DNA from: a virus
Lineage: Duplodnaviria > Heunggongvirae > Uroviricota > Caudoviricetes
Direction: 5' to 3' (one strand)
DNA: 64,000 nt
Virus record (IMG/VR): IMGVR_UViG_3300038393_002131
Below the pieces are notes generated by a model. It was given only the letters and a program-made list of their open reading frames with translations, made no database searches and was not told the DNA's origin. Made by a program: the position numbers and the translations under genes. This document shows positions 1-8,185 of this stretch, one piece after another; position 1 is the stretch's first letter; each line of letters begins with the position of its first letter.

Positions 1-74
1 TCCTGCGCGGTCTCGGCGGTGCGGGTGAGCGACTGTGCGGCTTCCAGAGCGGCGGTGGTGGTCGTGGTGGTCAT
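1..74 (-). CDS. hypothetical protein, N-terminal fragment (gene continues left of window)
   Basis: ATG at 74 preceded by GAGGAG RBS; reads MTTTTTTAALEAAQSLTRTAET to the window edge; lies downstream of the stop of gene 105..632. Confidence 0.4.
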   Translation of the reverse strand, partial: MTTTTTTAALEAAQSLTRTAETAQ

Positions 75-104
75 GGTGGGTGGCTCCTCGGGTGGTCGGG
101 GTGG

Positions 105-632
105 TCAGCGGGCCCACACGGGGGCGTGCTTGGTGCCGTCGGGGCAGGTCGTCGAGCCGTCGAGCGAGCCGACGAACCGGGGGTAGCCGTGGATCGGGAT
201 GCCGCACCCGGCGCACGCGTACGCGGCCTTGGCTTCCACGCTGGTCTGCGTCGAGGCGTAGACGCGGACCGGGATGACGACCGTGACGCCGTTGTGGGCC
301 ATGGCGCGCTCGTGGTGGAAGAACCACGCGGACCGCTCGGCCGTCTCGCCCGTGTCGGTCAGGGTGTCGCGCTTCACGCACGGGTCCAGCGACCCCGACA
401 TGTCGAGGTGGCCGGAGTGGTGCAGGTGGAAGGACCCCTCGATGCACGTCTGCAAGCCGAGCTCGCCGTGGTCGTGGGCGAAGCGGCGCGTCACGCCGTC
501 GGCGAAGCGGACGACGTCGCCGACGCGGGGGCCGGTCAGGCGGTCGCGGTTGGCGAGACGCTCGGCGAGGATCGCCTGGTCGCGGTCGTCGAGGTGCGCG
601 TTGGCGGTCGTGGTCGTGGCGGTGGCGTTCAT
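105..632 (-). CDS. hypothetical protein (175 aa)
   Basis: ORF-track protein without low-complexity runs; class-I leader hairpin (~655-685) and RBS upstream of the ATG at 632. Confidence 0.55.
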   Translation of the reverse strand: MNATATTTTANAHLDDRDQAILAERLANRDRLTGPRVGDVVRFADGVTRRFAHDHGELGLQTCIEGSFHLHHSGHLDMSGSLDPCVKRDTLTDTGETAERSAWFFHHERAMAHNGVTVVIPVRVYASTQTSVEAKAAYACAGCGIPIHGYPRFVGSLDGSTTCPDGTKHAPVWAR

Positions 633-696
633 GGGATGAGGCTCCTGTTCGTGTGTCGTCGGCCCCGACGCTCGGGGGCCATGGGTCGAGGATGGG

Positions 697-727
697 CCCG
701 GACCCTCGGACGTGTCGAGGGTCCGGG
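697..727 (-). terminator. hairpin terminator after gene 736..1038
   Basis: CCCGGACCCTC / GAGGGTCCGGG 11-bp stem. Confidence 0.45.
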
Positions 728-735
728 CCGGGTGG

Positions 736-1038
736 TCAGCCGCGGCCGTCGCGGAGAGCGATACGGGCGGCCTCGATGCCGTTCAGGCGGCGCTCGAACT
801 GCGACGCCTGCGCCTCCTCCTTCGCGCGGGCCTCCCCCACCAGCGTGCGGGCGTAGGCGCGGGACGCGGTCAGGGCCTCGCGGGTCGTCTGCGCGGCCCG
901 GTACAGCTCGTCCTCAGCCGAGCCGTAGGACGTGGTCGCGGACAGCCACAGGCTCATCGTGACCGGGCCGAGCACGCGCTCCGCCCGCTCCTGCATCGGG
1001 GTCTGCACGGGGGCCGGGGCCTCGGGTGCAAGGGTCAT
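736..1038 (-). CDS. hypothetical protein (100 aa)
   Basis: Protein-like ORF; RBS GGAGGA and leader hairpin ccccggacgcttgcgggg at ~1060-1080. Confidence 0.5.
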   Translation of the reverse strand: MTLAPEAPAPVQTPMQERAERVLGPVTMSLWLSATTSYGSAEDELYRAAQTTREALTASRAYARTLVGEARAKEEAQASQFERRLNGIEAARIALRDGRG

Positions 1039-1122
1039 GGTTCCTCCTGTGTGTCAGGCTCCCCGGACGCTTGCGGGGTGCTGTGCTCATCTTGCGTGAC
1101 TGTGCGCTATCGGGTCAAGGGT

Positions 1123-1323
1123 TCACGCCATGCGGCGGCTCCCGGGCTCCTCGGGGCAGGTGTGGTTGCGGGCCACGGGCCACAGGTCGAGCCGGACGCT
1201 CTGCTGCCCGTCGGGCGTCGTCTGGCGGACCGGGGTCGCGCCGACGGTGAAGCGGAGCATGGTGCCGCAGGACGGGCACGGGGCCTTGATCGTGGCGCGG
1301 ACGCGCGCGCCCTTCTCGGTCAC
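1123..1323 (-). CDS. small zinc-ribbon protein (~66 aa)
   Basis: GTG at 1323 overlaps the TGA of the upstream gene (GTGA); CPSC..CPEE cysteine pairs; the Arg-rich 5' part of track ORF 1123..1596 is rejected. Confidence 0.4.
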   Translation of the reverse strand: MTEKGARVRATIKAPCPSCGTMLRFTVGATPVRQTTPDGQQSVRLDLWPVARNHTCPEEPGSRRMA

Positions 1324-2003
1324 GCGCCGGCCTCCACGTCGCACACGTGCTCGGAGGCGATGCGGGCCAGGGTGCCGAGCGAGTCGGTGTGCTCGGCGTC
1401 GCAGAGGACGTGCCCGCACTTGATGCACGTGACCTCCAAGTCGCTCTTGAGGCCGTCGTCCGAGGCCACCAGCTCGACGCGGTCGAGTTCGAGGTAGAGG
1501 GGCTGGGCCTCGGGCTCGGGCTCGGGCCGCACACTGTTGAGCGGGATCACGAGGTAGTCGTCCACGTCGTCGAAGTCGGGCCGGTCCTCGATCCACGCCT
1601 TAGCCTCGTCCTCGGTGAAGAACGGGCCGTGCAGCGTGCGCGGGGTGTCGCCCTCGGTGGGCTCGGACCCGTCGTGCTCGGTCGTGTACGTGACCTCGAC
1701 GAGGTGCGTGTTGCCGTACGCGGCGTCCGTGCGGACGAGGCCGTACTCGTCGCGCGGCAGGGCGGGCGGCGTGGCGCTGGCGGGGACGGTCGTCCCGGCC
1801 AGGCGCTCGGCCTCGGCCAGCGCGCAGCGCAGCGCACGGACGATGGTCGCCGGGTCGCCGAACAGGATCGACCCGTCCGTCACGAGGGCGACCTCGCCGG
1901 GCCGCATGGGGTCCTCGGGGTCCAGTCGCGCGTTGACCTGCTCGGCGGACTCGACGCGAACGGCGGTGGTGCGGGCGTCAACCCACTCGACGTGGTTGGA
2001 CAT
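1320..2003 (-). CDS. hypothetical protein (227 aa)
   Basis: Coherent acidic protein; leader hairpin at ~2020-2047. Confidence 0.55.
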   Translation of the reverse strand: MSNHVEWVDARTTAVRVESAEQVNARLDPEDPMRPGEVALVTDGSILFGDPATIVRALRCALAEAERLAGTTVPASATPPALPRDEYGLVRTDAAYGNTHLVEVTYTTEHDGSEPTEGDTPRTLHGPFFTEDEAKAWIEDRPDFDDVDDYLVIPLNSVRPEPEPEAQPLYLELDRVELVASDDGLKSDLEVTCIKCGHVLCDAEHTDSLGTLARIASEHVCDVEAGA

Positions 2004-2104
2004 GGGGTGTCTCCTCGGGGTGTCGTGGCCCGCGACGCTCGGCGGGCCGTGGCTTCATGGTGGGCCCGGGCCCTCGGGCGTGTCGAGGGTCCGGGCGTTC
2101 CGGG

Positions 2105-2881
2105 TCAGGCGGGGACGATGTGCGGCAGCACGCCCGTCGTCGCGCCGTAGATCACCCAGCGGGCGTGCCCGGCGCGGACGAGGCCGTCGAGCGTCTTGCG
2201 CTCCCACGGCGTCTCATTGCCGCCCGACCACCGGCCGCGCCCGGCCGGCCACAGGTTGCCGCGTCGGCGCAGCGCGGCGAGGGCGTCGCGCTGGGTGCGG
2301 GTCAGGTCCTTCTCGGCGACGCGCTCGGCGGGCGGCTCCGGGTACCCGCACTCGCGCACGCGGGCGGCGTTGGCCTCGCGCTCGGCGGCGGCTGCCCGCT
2401 CGCGGCGGTCGGCGGTCGCCTTGGTGACGGACGCGTCGAACTCGGGGCCGAAGTGCTGCCCCAGGGCGAGCACGAGCGCCTCGAACGAGCCCTCGGCGTC
2501 GGCGATCAGGTGCGCGGCGGTCATCTCGTCGAGCTGGCACGCGCCGTCGATGTACGGGGCGCTGTGGAAGTTCTCAGCGTCGCGCTCCGGGTCGAACGTC
2601 ACGTACGAGCCGAGGTAGCCGTACGCGGACGACTCCGTGACGGTGAACGCGCGGAGCCGCGCGGCGGGCTCCTCGCGCATCCACGCCAGCAGCTCGGACG
2701 CGACCGTCTCGGCCTCGCCGCACGGGTGCTCCTCCACGGTGATCTGGATGTGGCTCTCGCCCTCGTGGTAGCGGTCCCAGCCGTCGAAGTCGAGGCGGGT
2801 CGTCAGCGCGTCGAGCGTCGCGTCGTCGAACGTGTGCTCGGCGTCCTCGAAGTCGACGGCGAAGTAGGTCCGGTCAGTCAT
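2105..2881 (-). CDS. hypothetical protein (258 aa)
   Basis: Protein-like ORF; leader hairpin ggtcccggcgacgcttggccggggg at ~2895-2920; terminator hairpin upstream at 2937-2972. Confidence 0.6.
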   Translation of the reverse strand: MTDRTYFAVDFEDAEHTFDDATLDALTTRLDFDGWDRYHEGESHIQITVEEHPCGEAETVASELLAWMREEPAARLRAFTVTESSAYGYLGSYVTFDPERDAENFHSAPYIDGACQLDEMTAAHLIADAEGSFEALVLALGQHFGPEFDASVTKATADRRERAAAAEREANAARVRECGYPEPPAERVAEKDLTRTQRDALAALRRRGNLWPAGRGRWSGGNETPWERKTLDGLVRAGHARWVIYGATTGVLPHIVPA

Positions 2882-2936
2882 GGGAAGTCTCCTCGTGTGT
2901 CGGTCCCGGCGACGCTTGGCCGGGGGTGGTGGGGTG

Positions 2937-2972
2937 AACCCTTGCCGGGCCCGGGCGGACCCGGCAAGGGTT
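2937..2972 (-). terminator. hairpin terminator after gene 2980..3966
   Basis: AACCCTTGCCGGG / CCCGGCAAGGGTT 13-bp stem. Confidence 0.5.
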
Positions 2973-2979
2973 CAGCGGT

Positions 2980-3966
2980 TCAGGCGTTGAGGTAGTCGCG
3001 GGCGGCGGCGTCGGGGTCGTCGGCGTTGTCGATGGTGACGTGGTCGGGGTCGTCGTCGGGGTCGTCGTCGCCCATGGCGTGACCGGCGAGGAAGGTCGCG
3101 GCCTCGTCGGGCTTCCCGAGGTCGATGAGCGCGTGGGCGATGTTCTCGGCCTCCGAGCAGGTGAAGTGCCCGCCGACGTGCTGGGCCGTCATCGCGTCGC
3201 CGAGCACGGCAGCGAGCAGACCGGCGGCGGCCTCGGCCGGGGTCGGGGCGGGCTTGCCGTCGCGGAGCGTGCCGTCGAACCCGGCAGCCTCGGCGGTGTC
3301 GAAGTCGACGAGGTCCTCCTCGGCGAAGATGTCACCCGGGTAGACCTGCGTGACCTCGACGCCGGAGAGGCGAGGACCGAAGTAGTGCGGCGACAGCGCA
3401 CCGTCAACAGCGGTCAGAGCGTCGGCCGTGACGCGCTCCGGGTCCTCGTCGCCGTCCTGCGACCCGTCGGGGAGGGTGAGCTCGACGAGGAGGTAGCGCA
3501 CGACATTGCTCGCCTGGTCGTCGTCGGCCCGCTTGAACGGCTGCACGGGGTCGTCGTGGTCCAACACCACGGGATAGCCGAGGTTCGTGAGGCGGGCCTC
3601 GCCGTCGAAGTGCTCGGCGTCACCGCAGACGATTCGGCCCCCGGGGCGGTCGAGGCACGGGCCCTCGTGGTCAACGTGGATGCCACAGGCGTCGGCGCAC
3701 ACGGCGTGCTCCGGGTGCTCCTCGTCGTCGGCGTGCTCGCCGTTCGGGTAGCGGGTCGGTCGGGCGTCGAACGCGGCCTCGTACGCGTCATCGTCAGCCG
3801 CGCGCTCGGGGACGGTCAGTGGCGGCGTCCACCCATCCTCGGCGACCTTGACCTTGAGGCCGTCGTCCCACGCGACGCGGACGGGCGCGCCGTGGGCGTC
3901 GGCCCGGGTCAGCAGCTCGGCGAGGGTGAGGACGTTGGACGCGGACATGGTGTGGATGGTGCTCAT
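2980..3966 (-). CDS. acidic hypothetical protein (328 aa)
   Basis: RBS GAGGAG 7 nt before the ATG; promoter-leader cassette at 3967-4058. Confidence 0.6.
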   Translation of the reverse strand: MSTIHTMSASNVLTLAELLTRADAHGAPVRVAWDDGLKVKVAEDGWTPPLTVPERAADDDAYEAAFDARPTRYPNGEHADDEEHPEHAVCADACGIHVDHEGPCLDRPGGRIVCGDAEHFDGEARLTNLGYPVVLDHDDPVQPFKRADDDQASNVVRYLLVELTLPDGSQDGDEDPERVTADALTAVDGALSPHYFGPRLSGVEVTQVYPGDIFAEEDLVDFDTAEAAGFDGTLRDGKPAPTPAEAAAGLLAAVLGDAMTAQHVGGHFTCSEAENIAHALIDLGKPDEAATFLAGHAMGDDDPDDDPDHVTIDNADDPDAAARDYLNA

Positions 3967-4058
3967 GGTGGCTCCTCAGTGTGTCTGGCCGGGACGCTCG
4001 TCCGGCTCTGCGAGTGACTTTAGCGGCTGTGCACGACAGTGGGGAAGGGTTCGACAGG
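3967..4058 (-). promoter_or_regulatory. promoter-leader cassette (TTCCCC-N18-TAAAGT; hairpin CCGGACGAGCGTCCCGG; GACACAC; GAGGAG)
   Basis: Read directly. Confidence 0.5.
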
Positions 4059-4955
4059 TCAGGCCGCGCCGAACAGGTCAAGGGCGTACTGCTTCGGGGT
4101 GCGCAGCGACGCCAGGACGTCCTCGCGCCACTGGACGGCGTACCGGAGGCAGTTGCGGCAGTCGCCACGGTGCGTGCATCCGGGCATCTTGATCTGCTCG
4201 CGGCGGGCCCCGTACGACCATGCGAGGGAGTCGGCCGAGACGAGGTTGTGGCCGTAGGAGGCGAGGCCCTGAGCCTTGACGCCGAACCCGTGGAGGCGCA
4301 GGCCGCGCGCGGCGAGCGTGCCGGTGATGAGGCCAATCTCGTCGGTGGACTGGCGGCGGCACACGGAGCCGAGGCCGACCAGCTGCTCGTCGGCGAGGTC
4401 GATGCCTGCGGCGGCGTACTGCTCGACGTGGGACAGGTAGTCGTCGAGGGTCCAGCCTTGGAGGACGGGCACCCACGGCGCGGCGGGGAAGTTCTCGCGC
4501 AGGTAGATCAGGTTCTCGATGGTCAGCTCTTGGTGGATCGCGACCGACAGGCCGGTGCCGGCGAACGTGTTGCCGTTCCACGTGCCGCCCGCGATGACGG
4601 CCGGCTCGCACATCCAGTCCTGCGGGGCGCACCACAGCGGGACCGCGCCGTCCTCCATGAACCGGTAGACCATGCCGCCGTACTCGTCCTCGCTCATCGT
4701 CCAGCGGCCGTGCTGCTGCAGCTCGGTGAAGCCACCGGAGTCGAGCGCCCACGCGCACCGGCCCTTGGGGAAGTCGTCGCCCTGGCGGCGGTACTTGGCG
4801 AGGGTGCGGGCCGACACGAACAGCGGCACCGGGCTCGTCTCCATCCAGCGCGGCATGTGGCAGCCGGTGAAGAACAGGAGGTGGCGGGCCGGGTCGTCGC
4901 TCGCACGGTCGGTCGTCCAAGCCGTCTCGACCTCGCGCCACAGCTGCTCGTACAT
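4059..4955 (-). CDS. DpdA/tRNA-guanine-transglycosylase-like protein (putative DNA 7-deazaguanine transglycosylase)
   Basis: Start re-assigned to M41 (MYEQLW) with RBS GAAGGAG; ALDSGGF resembles the TGT catalytic TDSGGFQ motif; C-terminal Cys/His cluster PGCTHRGDCRNC resembles the TGT Zn site. Confidence 0.55.
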   Translation of the reverse strand: MYEQLWREVETAWTTDRASDDPARHLLFFTGCHMPRWMETSPVPLFVSARTLAKYRRQGDDFPKGRCAWALDSGGFTELQQHGRWTMSEDEYGGMVYRFMEDGAVPLWCAPQDWMCEPAVIAGGTWNGNTFAGTGLSVAIHQELTIENLIYLRENFPAAPWVPVLQGWTLDDYLSHVEQYAAAGIDLADEQLVGLGSVCRRQSTDEIGLITGTLAARGLRLHGFGVKAQGLASYGHNLVSADSLAWSYGARREQIKMPGCTHRGDCRNCLRYAVQWREDVLASLRTPKQYALDLFGAA

Positions 4956-5043
4956 GGGGGGCTCCTTCGGTGGTGTCGGCCCCGCGACGCTCGGCGGGGC
5001 ATGGCCCAACCATGCCGGGCCGGGCCGACGGTGGCAACGGTTC

Positions 5044-5079
5044 CCGGCATGGTGCGACCCCCGCGCCGGAGCCATGGCG
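5044..5079 (-). terminator. terminator after the small Lys-rich gene
   Basis: GCGACCCCCGCGCC / GGCGCGGGGGTCGC 14-bp stem. Confidence 0.5.
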
Positions 5080-5105
5080 CGGGGGTCGCAGTCTGTGGGG
5101 GCGGG

Positions 5106-5276
5106 TCAGCCTCTCGCGGCCTTCTTCGCGAGCTTGGTCTGTTCCTTGAGCAACTTCGTTTGCTTCTTCGCGTGGCGCTTGGCCGTCCGCGCGTAGGCGG
5201 CGGCGCGCTCCTTGTCGGAACGGAAGTCGACCGCGCCGAGGGTAGAGACGCTGAGGATCTTGCGGGTGAGGCCCAT
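5106..5276 (-). CDS. small Lys-rich basic protein (56 aa), absent from the ORF track
   Basis: ATG at 5276 with RBS AGGAGCACCC; MGLTRKILSVSTLGAVDFRSDKERAAAYARTAKRHAKKQTKLLKEQTKLAKKAARG; followed by a 14-bp-stem terminator at 5044-5079. Confidence 0.35.
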   Translation of the reverse strand: MGLTRKILSVSTLGAVDFRSDKERAAAYARTAKRHAKKQTKLLKEQTKLAKKAARG

Positions 5277-5318
5277 CGCGGGTGCTCCTAGGTGAGTGTG
5301 GTTGGGATCGGTGTGCGG

Positions 5319-5597
5319 TCAGCGGGCTCGAGTCGCCTCGCGGGCGGTGACGCGGGCGGCGTAGTCCTCGACGCAGAGGGGCCACCCTGCGCGCTCCTTG
5401 GTCGCGGGCCGGGGGCATTCGTCGACGGAGCACGAGACGGCGGGGTCGTCGCCCTGGGGGTCCTCGACCGGTGCCGGGGCCGGCACGGTCGCGGCGCGGC
5501 GCTTGGCGCGCTCCTCCCACACGTAGTTCGCGAGGACGACGAGGGCCAGCAGGGCGAACGCGGCGTACTGCCAGGTCGGGGTGTCGGCGAGGTTCAT
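5319..5597 (-). CDS. small membrane protein (92 aa)
   Basis: One hydrophobic helix (AAFALLALVVLANYVW); 4-nt overlap with the upstream gene. Confidence 0.45.
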   Translation of the reverse strand: MNLADTPTWQYAAFALLALVVLANYVWEERAKRRAATVPAPAPVEDPQGDDPAVSCSVDECPRPATKERAGWPLCVEDYAARVTAREATRAR

Positions 5598-5836
5598 GCG
5601 GCCGACCCCGACACGGGCGAGTCGTTGACGTAGACGCGGAGGGCGGGGTCGTCCTCGGCGGTGTCAATGTCGACGACGAGGTACGGCGCGCCACCGTCGG
5701 ACGGGTGGTGCCAGTAGACAGCGACGCGGGCGGCGTCGTGCTCGACGGCGACAACGGCATCGCCGTGCGGGTGGTCGATGGTGTGCGTGACGCCGCCGTC
5801 CTGCGCGGTGTCACTGGTGACGGTGAGCTCGCTCAC
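5594..5836 (-). CDS. hypothetical protein (~81 aa)
   Basis: GTG start at 5836 with RBS GAGGAG and leader hairpin ccggcgacgctgtgccgg; the Pro/Arg-rich 5' part of the track ORF is rejected. Confidence 0.45.
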   Translation of the reverse strand: MSELTVTSDTAQDGGVTHTIDHPHGDAVVAVEHDAARVAVYWHHPSDGGAPYLVVDIDTAEDDPALRVYVNDSPVSGSAA

Positions 5837-6032
5837 GGGGGTGCTCCTCGGGGTGTCGGTCCGGCGACGCTGTGCCGGTGGGGGTGTGCGACCCGGCGCG
5901 GGTGGGTGGTGGTTGGGGTCACTTGCCCGCGCCGGGCCTGTCGTGGGGTGTTGCCCCGGGCCGGGGCCCTCGCGCTTGGCAGGGTGTGGGTCGTCACCTG
6001 CGTGCGCTCGGGCTCCCGGGGCCCCGGGGAGG

Positions 6033-6689
6033 TCAGGCGGTCTTGGCGAGCCGTGCGGCTCGGGCGGCGTGGTTCTCGGCGACCCACGCGAGCGGGTTGG
6101 TGTAGCCCTGCTCGATGCGGTCGGCGACGGCGTCGTAGAACAGGACGCGATCGGTCGGGCCTTCCTCGTCAAGAAGGGCGGCGGCGGCGGCGCGGTACGC
6201 GTCGAGCACGGGCTGTGCGTCCTCGATGGTCTGTAGGCGGTAGAGCGCGTCGCAGGTGCCGCAGGCGACGGTGATGACGAGCTTGCCCTCCCACTGGCGC
6301 TGCCCGACGAGGCGGAGCACGGGGCTGTTGGCGACCTCGGCGGCGTAGGGCTCGGCGGGGATGGTGCGGCCGTCGTTGGAGGCGGGGCACGGGAGACGCT
6401 TGGGCGTGCCCCACGTCTCGACGTCAGCGGCGGGCGCGCTGTAGTGGCGGGTGTCGGCGTCGGAGAGCCACAGGAGCGCGTCCAGCATGGGGACGTCGTC
6501 GCGGCGGTTCCAGTCCTCGGTCATGCCGGGCTTGTGGCCGTCCTCGTCGGGCCACGGGAACCGGTAGAGCCAGCCGGGCTCGGTGTAGGTGGGGGACACC
6601 TTCATGGCGTCCTCGGCGCGGAGGCCGTAGAGGGACTCGCAGGTGCCGACCTTGATCGACCGGCCGTTGTAGGTGGCGTACTCGCCCAT
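6033..6689 (-). CDS. hypothetical protein (218 aa)
   Basis: RBS GAGAAGGGG; best-formed cassette upstream (TTGACC-N17-TAAAGT plus hairpin) at 6690-6775. Confidence 0.6.
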   Translation of the reverse strand: MGEYATYNGRSIKVGTCESLYGLRAEDAMKVSPTYTEPGWLYRFPWPDEDGHKPGMTEDWNRRDDVPMLDALLWLSDADTRHYSAPAADVETWGTPKRLPCPASNDGRTIPAEPYAAEVANSPVLRLVGQRQWEGKLVITVACGTCDALYRLQTIEDAQPVLDAYRAAAAALLDEEGPTDRVLFYDAVADRIEQGYTNPLAWVAENHAARAARLAKTA

Positions 6690-6775
6690 GGGGATTCCCC
6701 TTCTCGGTGTGTCCTTGTCGGGGACGCTTGTCCCGACACCCCTGACTTTAGGGGCTGTGCACTACAGGGTCAATG
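6690..6775 (-). promoter_or_regulatory. promoter-leader cassette (TTGACC-N17-TAAAGT; hairpin GTCGGGACAAGCGTCCCCGAC; RBS GAGAAGGGG)
   Basis: Read directly; closest match to the sigma-70/SigA-type consensus. Confidence 0.6.
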
Positions 6776-6884
6776 GTTCGCGTGTCGGCGAGTCACGGCA
6801 CCGGCACGGGGCCGGCAGGTGAGGCGGTCAGCCACACCCACACGACCCCGGCCAGCACAGACAGGGCAACGGCCTGCCAGACCT

Positions 6885-8087
6885 TCACGCGACCAGTCCG
6901 GCGCGCTCCATGATGTTGCGTACCACGTCCTCCTCATACTCGTCCCAGCACGCGGCGAGCAGCTGGTCGAGGCGGTCCGGCTCGGCGTCCTCGACTGCCT
7001 GGGCGGCCGTCTCGGCGCGGGTCAGGTAGCGGCCCGTCTCGATCCAGCTCTGCCGCGACGCGCTCGACTCCGTGTCGAGGTCGCCCTCGACGTGCGTCCA
7101 CGTGACGCCGAACCGCTCGGCGAGCTTGCCGGCCACCTGCTCGGCCTCCTCGCTCGTGGGGAAGTCCGCGACGTGCATGGTCGGCCGGGCGGTGTAGGTG
7201 ACGTAGATGCCCCACACGTCGGGGGCCTCGCCGTCCTCGGCGGGCCGGGCCTCGTCCTCGGTGACGCGGACGGCGGTCACCTCGAAGGCGTTGAGGCCGA
7301 CGGCGCGGGCCGGGAGGTACTGGCCGTGACGCTGCCAGTGGTCGAGGGACTCGTGCGACCACAGGTCCGCGTCGACGCGCTCGACGTCGTTCTTCTCGCA
7401 GCGGTCGTCGGTGTCGTCGTCACCCTGCCCGGGGCACCGGTTGTCGTCGTTGCCTCGGTGGATGAACTCGCCGCGGGTGTTGTCGAACCACACGACCGCC
7501 GCCTCGTCGGCATAGTCGATGCAGCGGCCGCACACGGCGACGGTGCGCAGGGCGCGGTCGTGGTTGTAGGTGCCGCCGTCGCGCTTGTCGACGGAGCGCC
7601 AGTAGGCCAGGGCCTCGGCCTCGGCCTGCGGGTCGGGCGTGATGTGGTTCGGCGGGGTCGGGGCCGACTCGTCGGACGAGAAGGCGCGGTGCGGCTCGGC
7701 GTGGCCCCGGAGGGCGAACGAGGTGGCGTTGTCGATGTTGAGGCGGACGGACCGGCCCCGGGTGAGGAGGGCCCGCTCGCCGTCGATGATCGACTGCTCC
7801 AAGTAGCGGATCGCGGACGTCTTGGGCTTGAGCACGCCGCGGCCGATGACCTTCTCGGGGCGGATGCGGTTCGCGCGGACGTCGTCGAGCATCCGCCTGT
7901 CGCGGACGAGCTCGCGGAGGAAGTGCTCCTCGCCCCATCCGAGCAGCTCGCCGCGCCAGATGCCGTCGAGGTAGTCGTTGACGGTGGCCGGGCGGGCCGG
8001 GACCATGCGCACCTCCTCGCGGAGCATGTAGTCGCGCAGGGTGGTCGCGGTGAAGGTGACGGGGGCCTCGGTGGTCGTGGTGCTCAT
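6885..8087 (-). CDS. hypothetical protein (~400 aa)
   Basis: Start re-assigned to M65 (MSTTTTEAP) next to a leader hairpin at ~8105-8125; acidic protein with Cys-rich segment CGRC...C...C. Confidence 0.6.
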   Translation of the reverse strand: MSTTTTEAPVTFTATTLRDYMLREEVRMVPARPATVNDYLDGIWRGELLGWGEEHFLRELVRDRRMLDDVRANRIRPEKVIGRGVLKPKTSAIRYLEQSIIDGERALLTRGRSVRLNIDNATSFALRGHAEPHRAFSSDESAPTPPNHITPDPQAEAEALAYWRSVDKRDGGTYNHDRALRTVAVCGRCIDYADEAAVVWFDNTRGEFIHRGNDDNRCPGQGDDDTDDRCEKNDVERVDADLWSHESLDHWQRHGQYLPARAVGLNAFEVTAVRVTEDEARPAEDGEAPDVWGIYVTYTARPTMHVADFPTSEEAEQVAGKLAERFGVTWTHVEGDLDTESSASRQSWIETGRYLTRAETAAQAVEDAEPDRLDQLLAACWDEYEEDVVRNIMERAGLVA

Positions 8088-8145
8088 GGGATCGTGCTCG
8101 CTCTCTGTGTCGGCCGGGACGCTGTCCGGCGGGGTGTGGGGCCCA

Positions 8146-8175
8146 CCTTGCCCGGCCGGTGTCGACCGGGCAAGG
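8146..8175 (-). terminator. hairpin terminator after gene 8186..8719
   Basis: CCTTGCCCGG / CCGGGCAAGG 10-bp stem. Confidence 0.45.
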
Positions 8176-8185
8176 GTTGTGACGG

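Noticed and set aside
126-962. Long plus-strand ORFs antisense to minus-strand genes (e.g. 126..962, 712..1497, 6444..8297, 44736..49136, 50211..52883, 61852..63453)
   Set aside because: They are Arg/Gly/Ala/Val-rich low-complexity translations typical of the antisense frame in high-GC DNA. Each is fully overlapped by a coherent minus-strand gene with RBS and leader signals.
4078-5814. 578-aa minus-strand ORF spanning several genes
   Set aside because: Its translation is Pro/Arg-rich and repetitive throughout. It overlaps the DpdA-like gene and the small-gene region in another frame, so it is an out-of-frame artefact.
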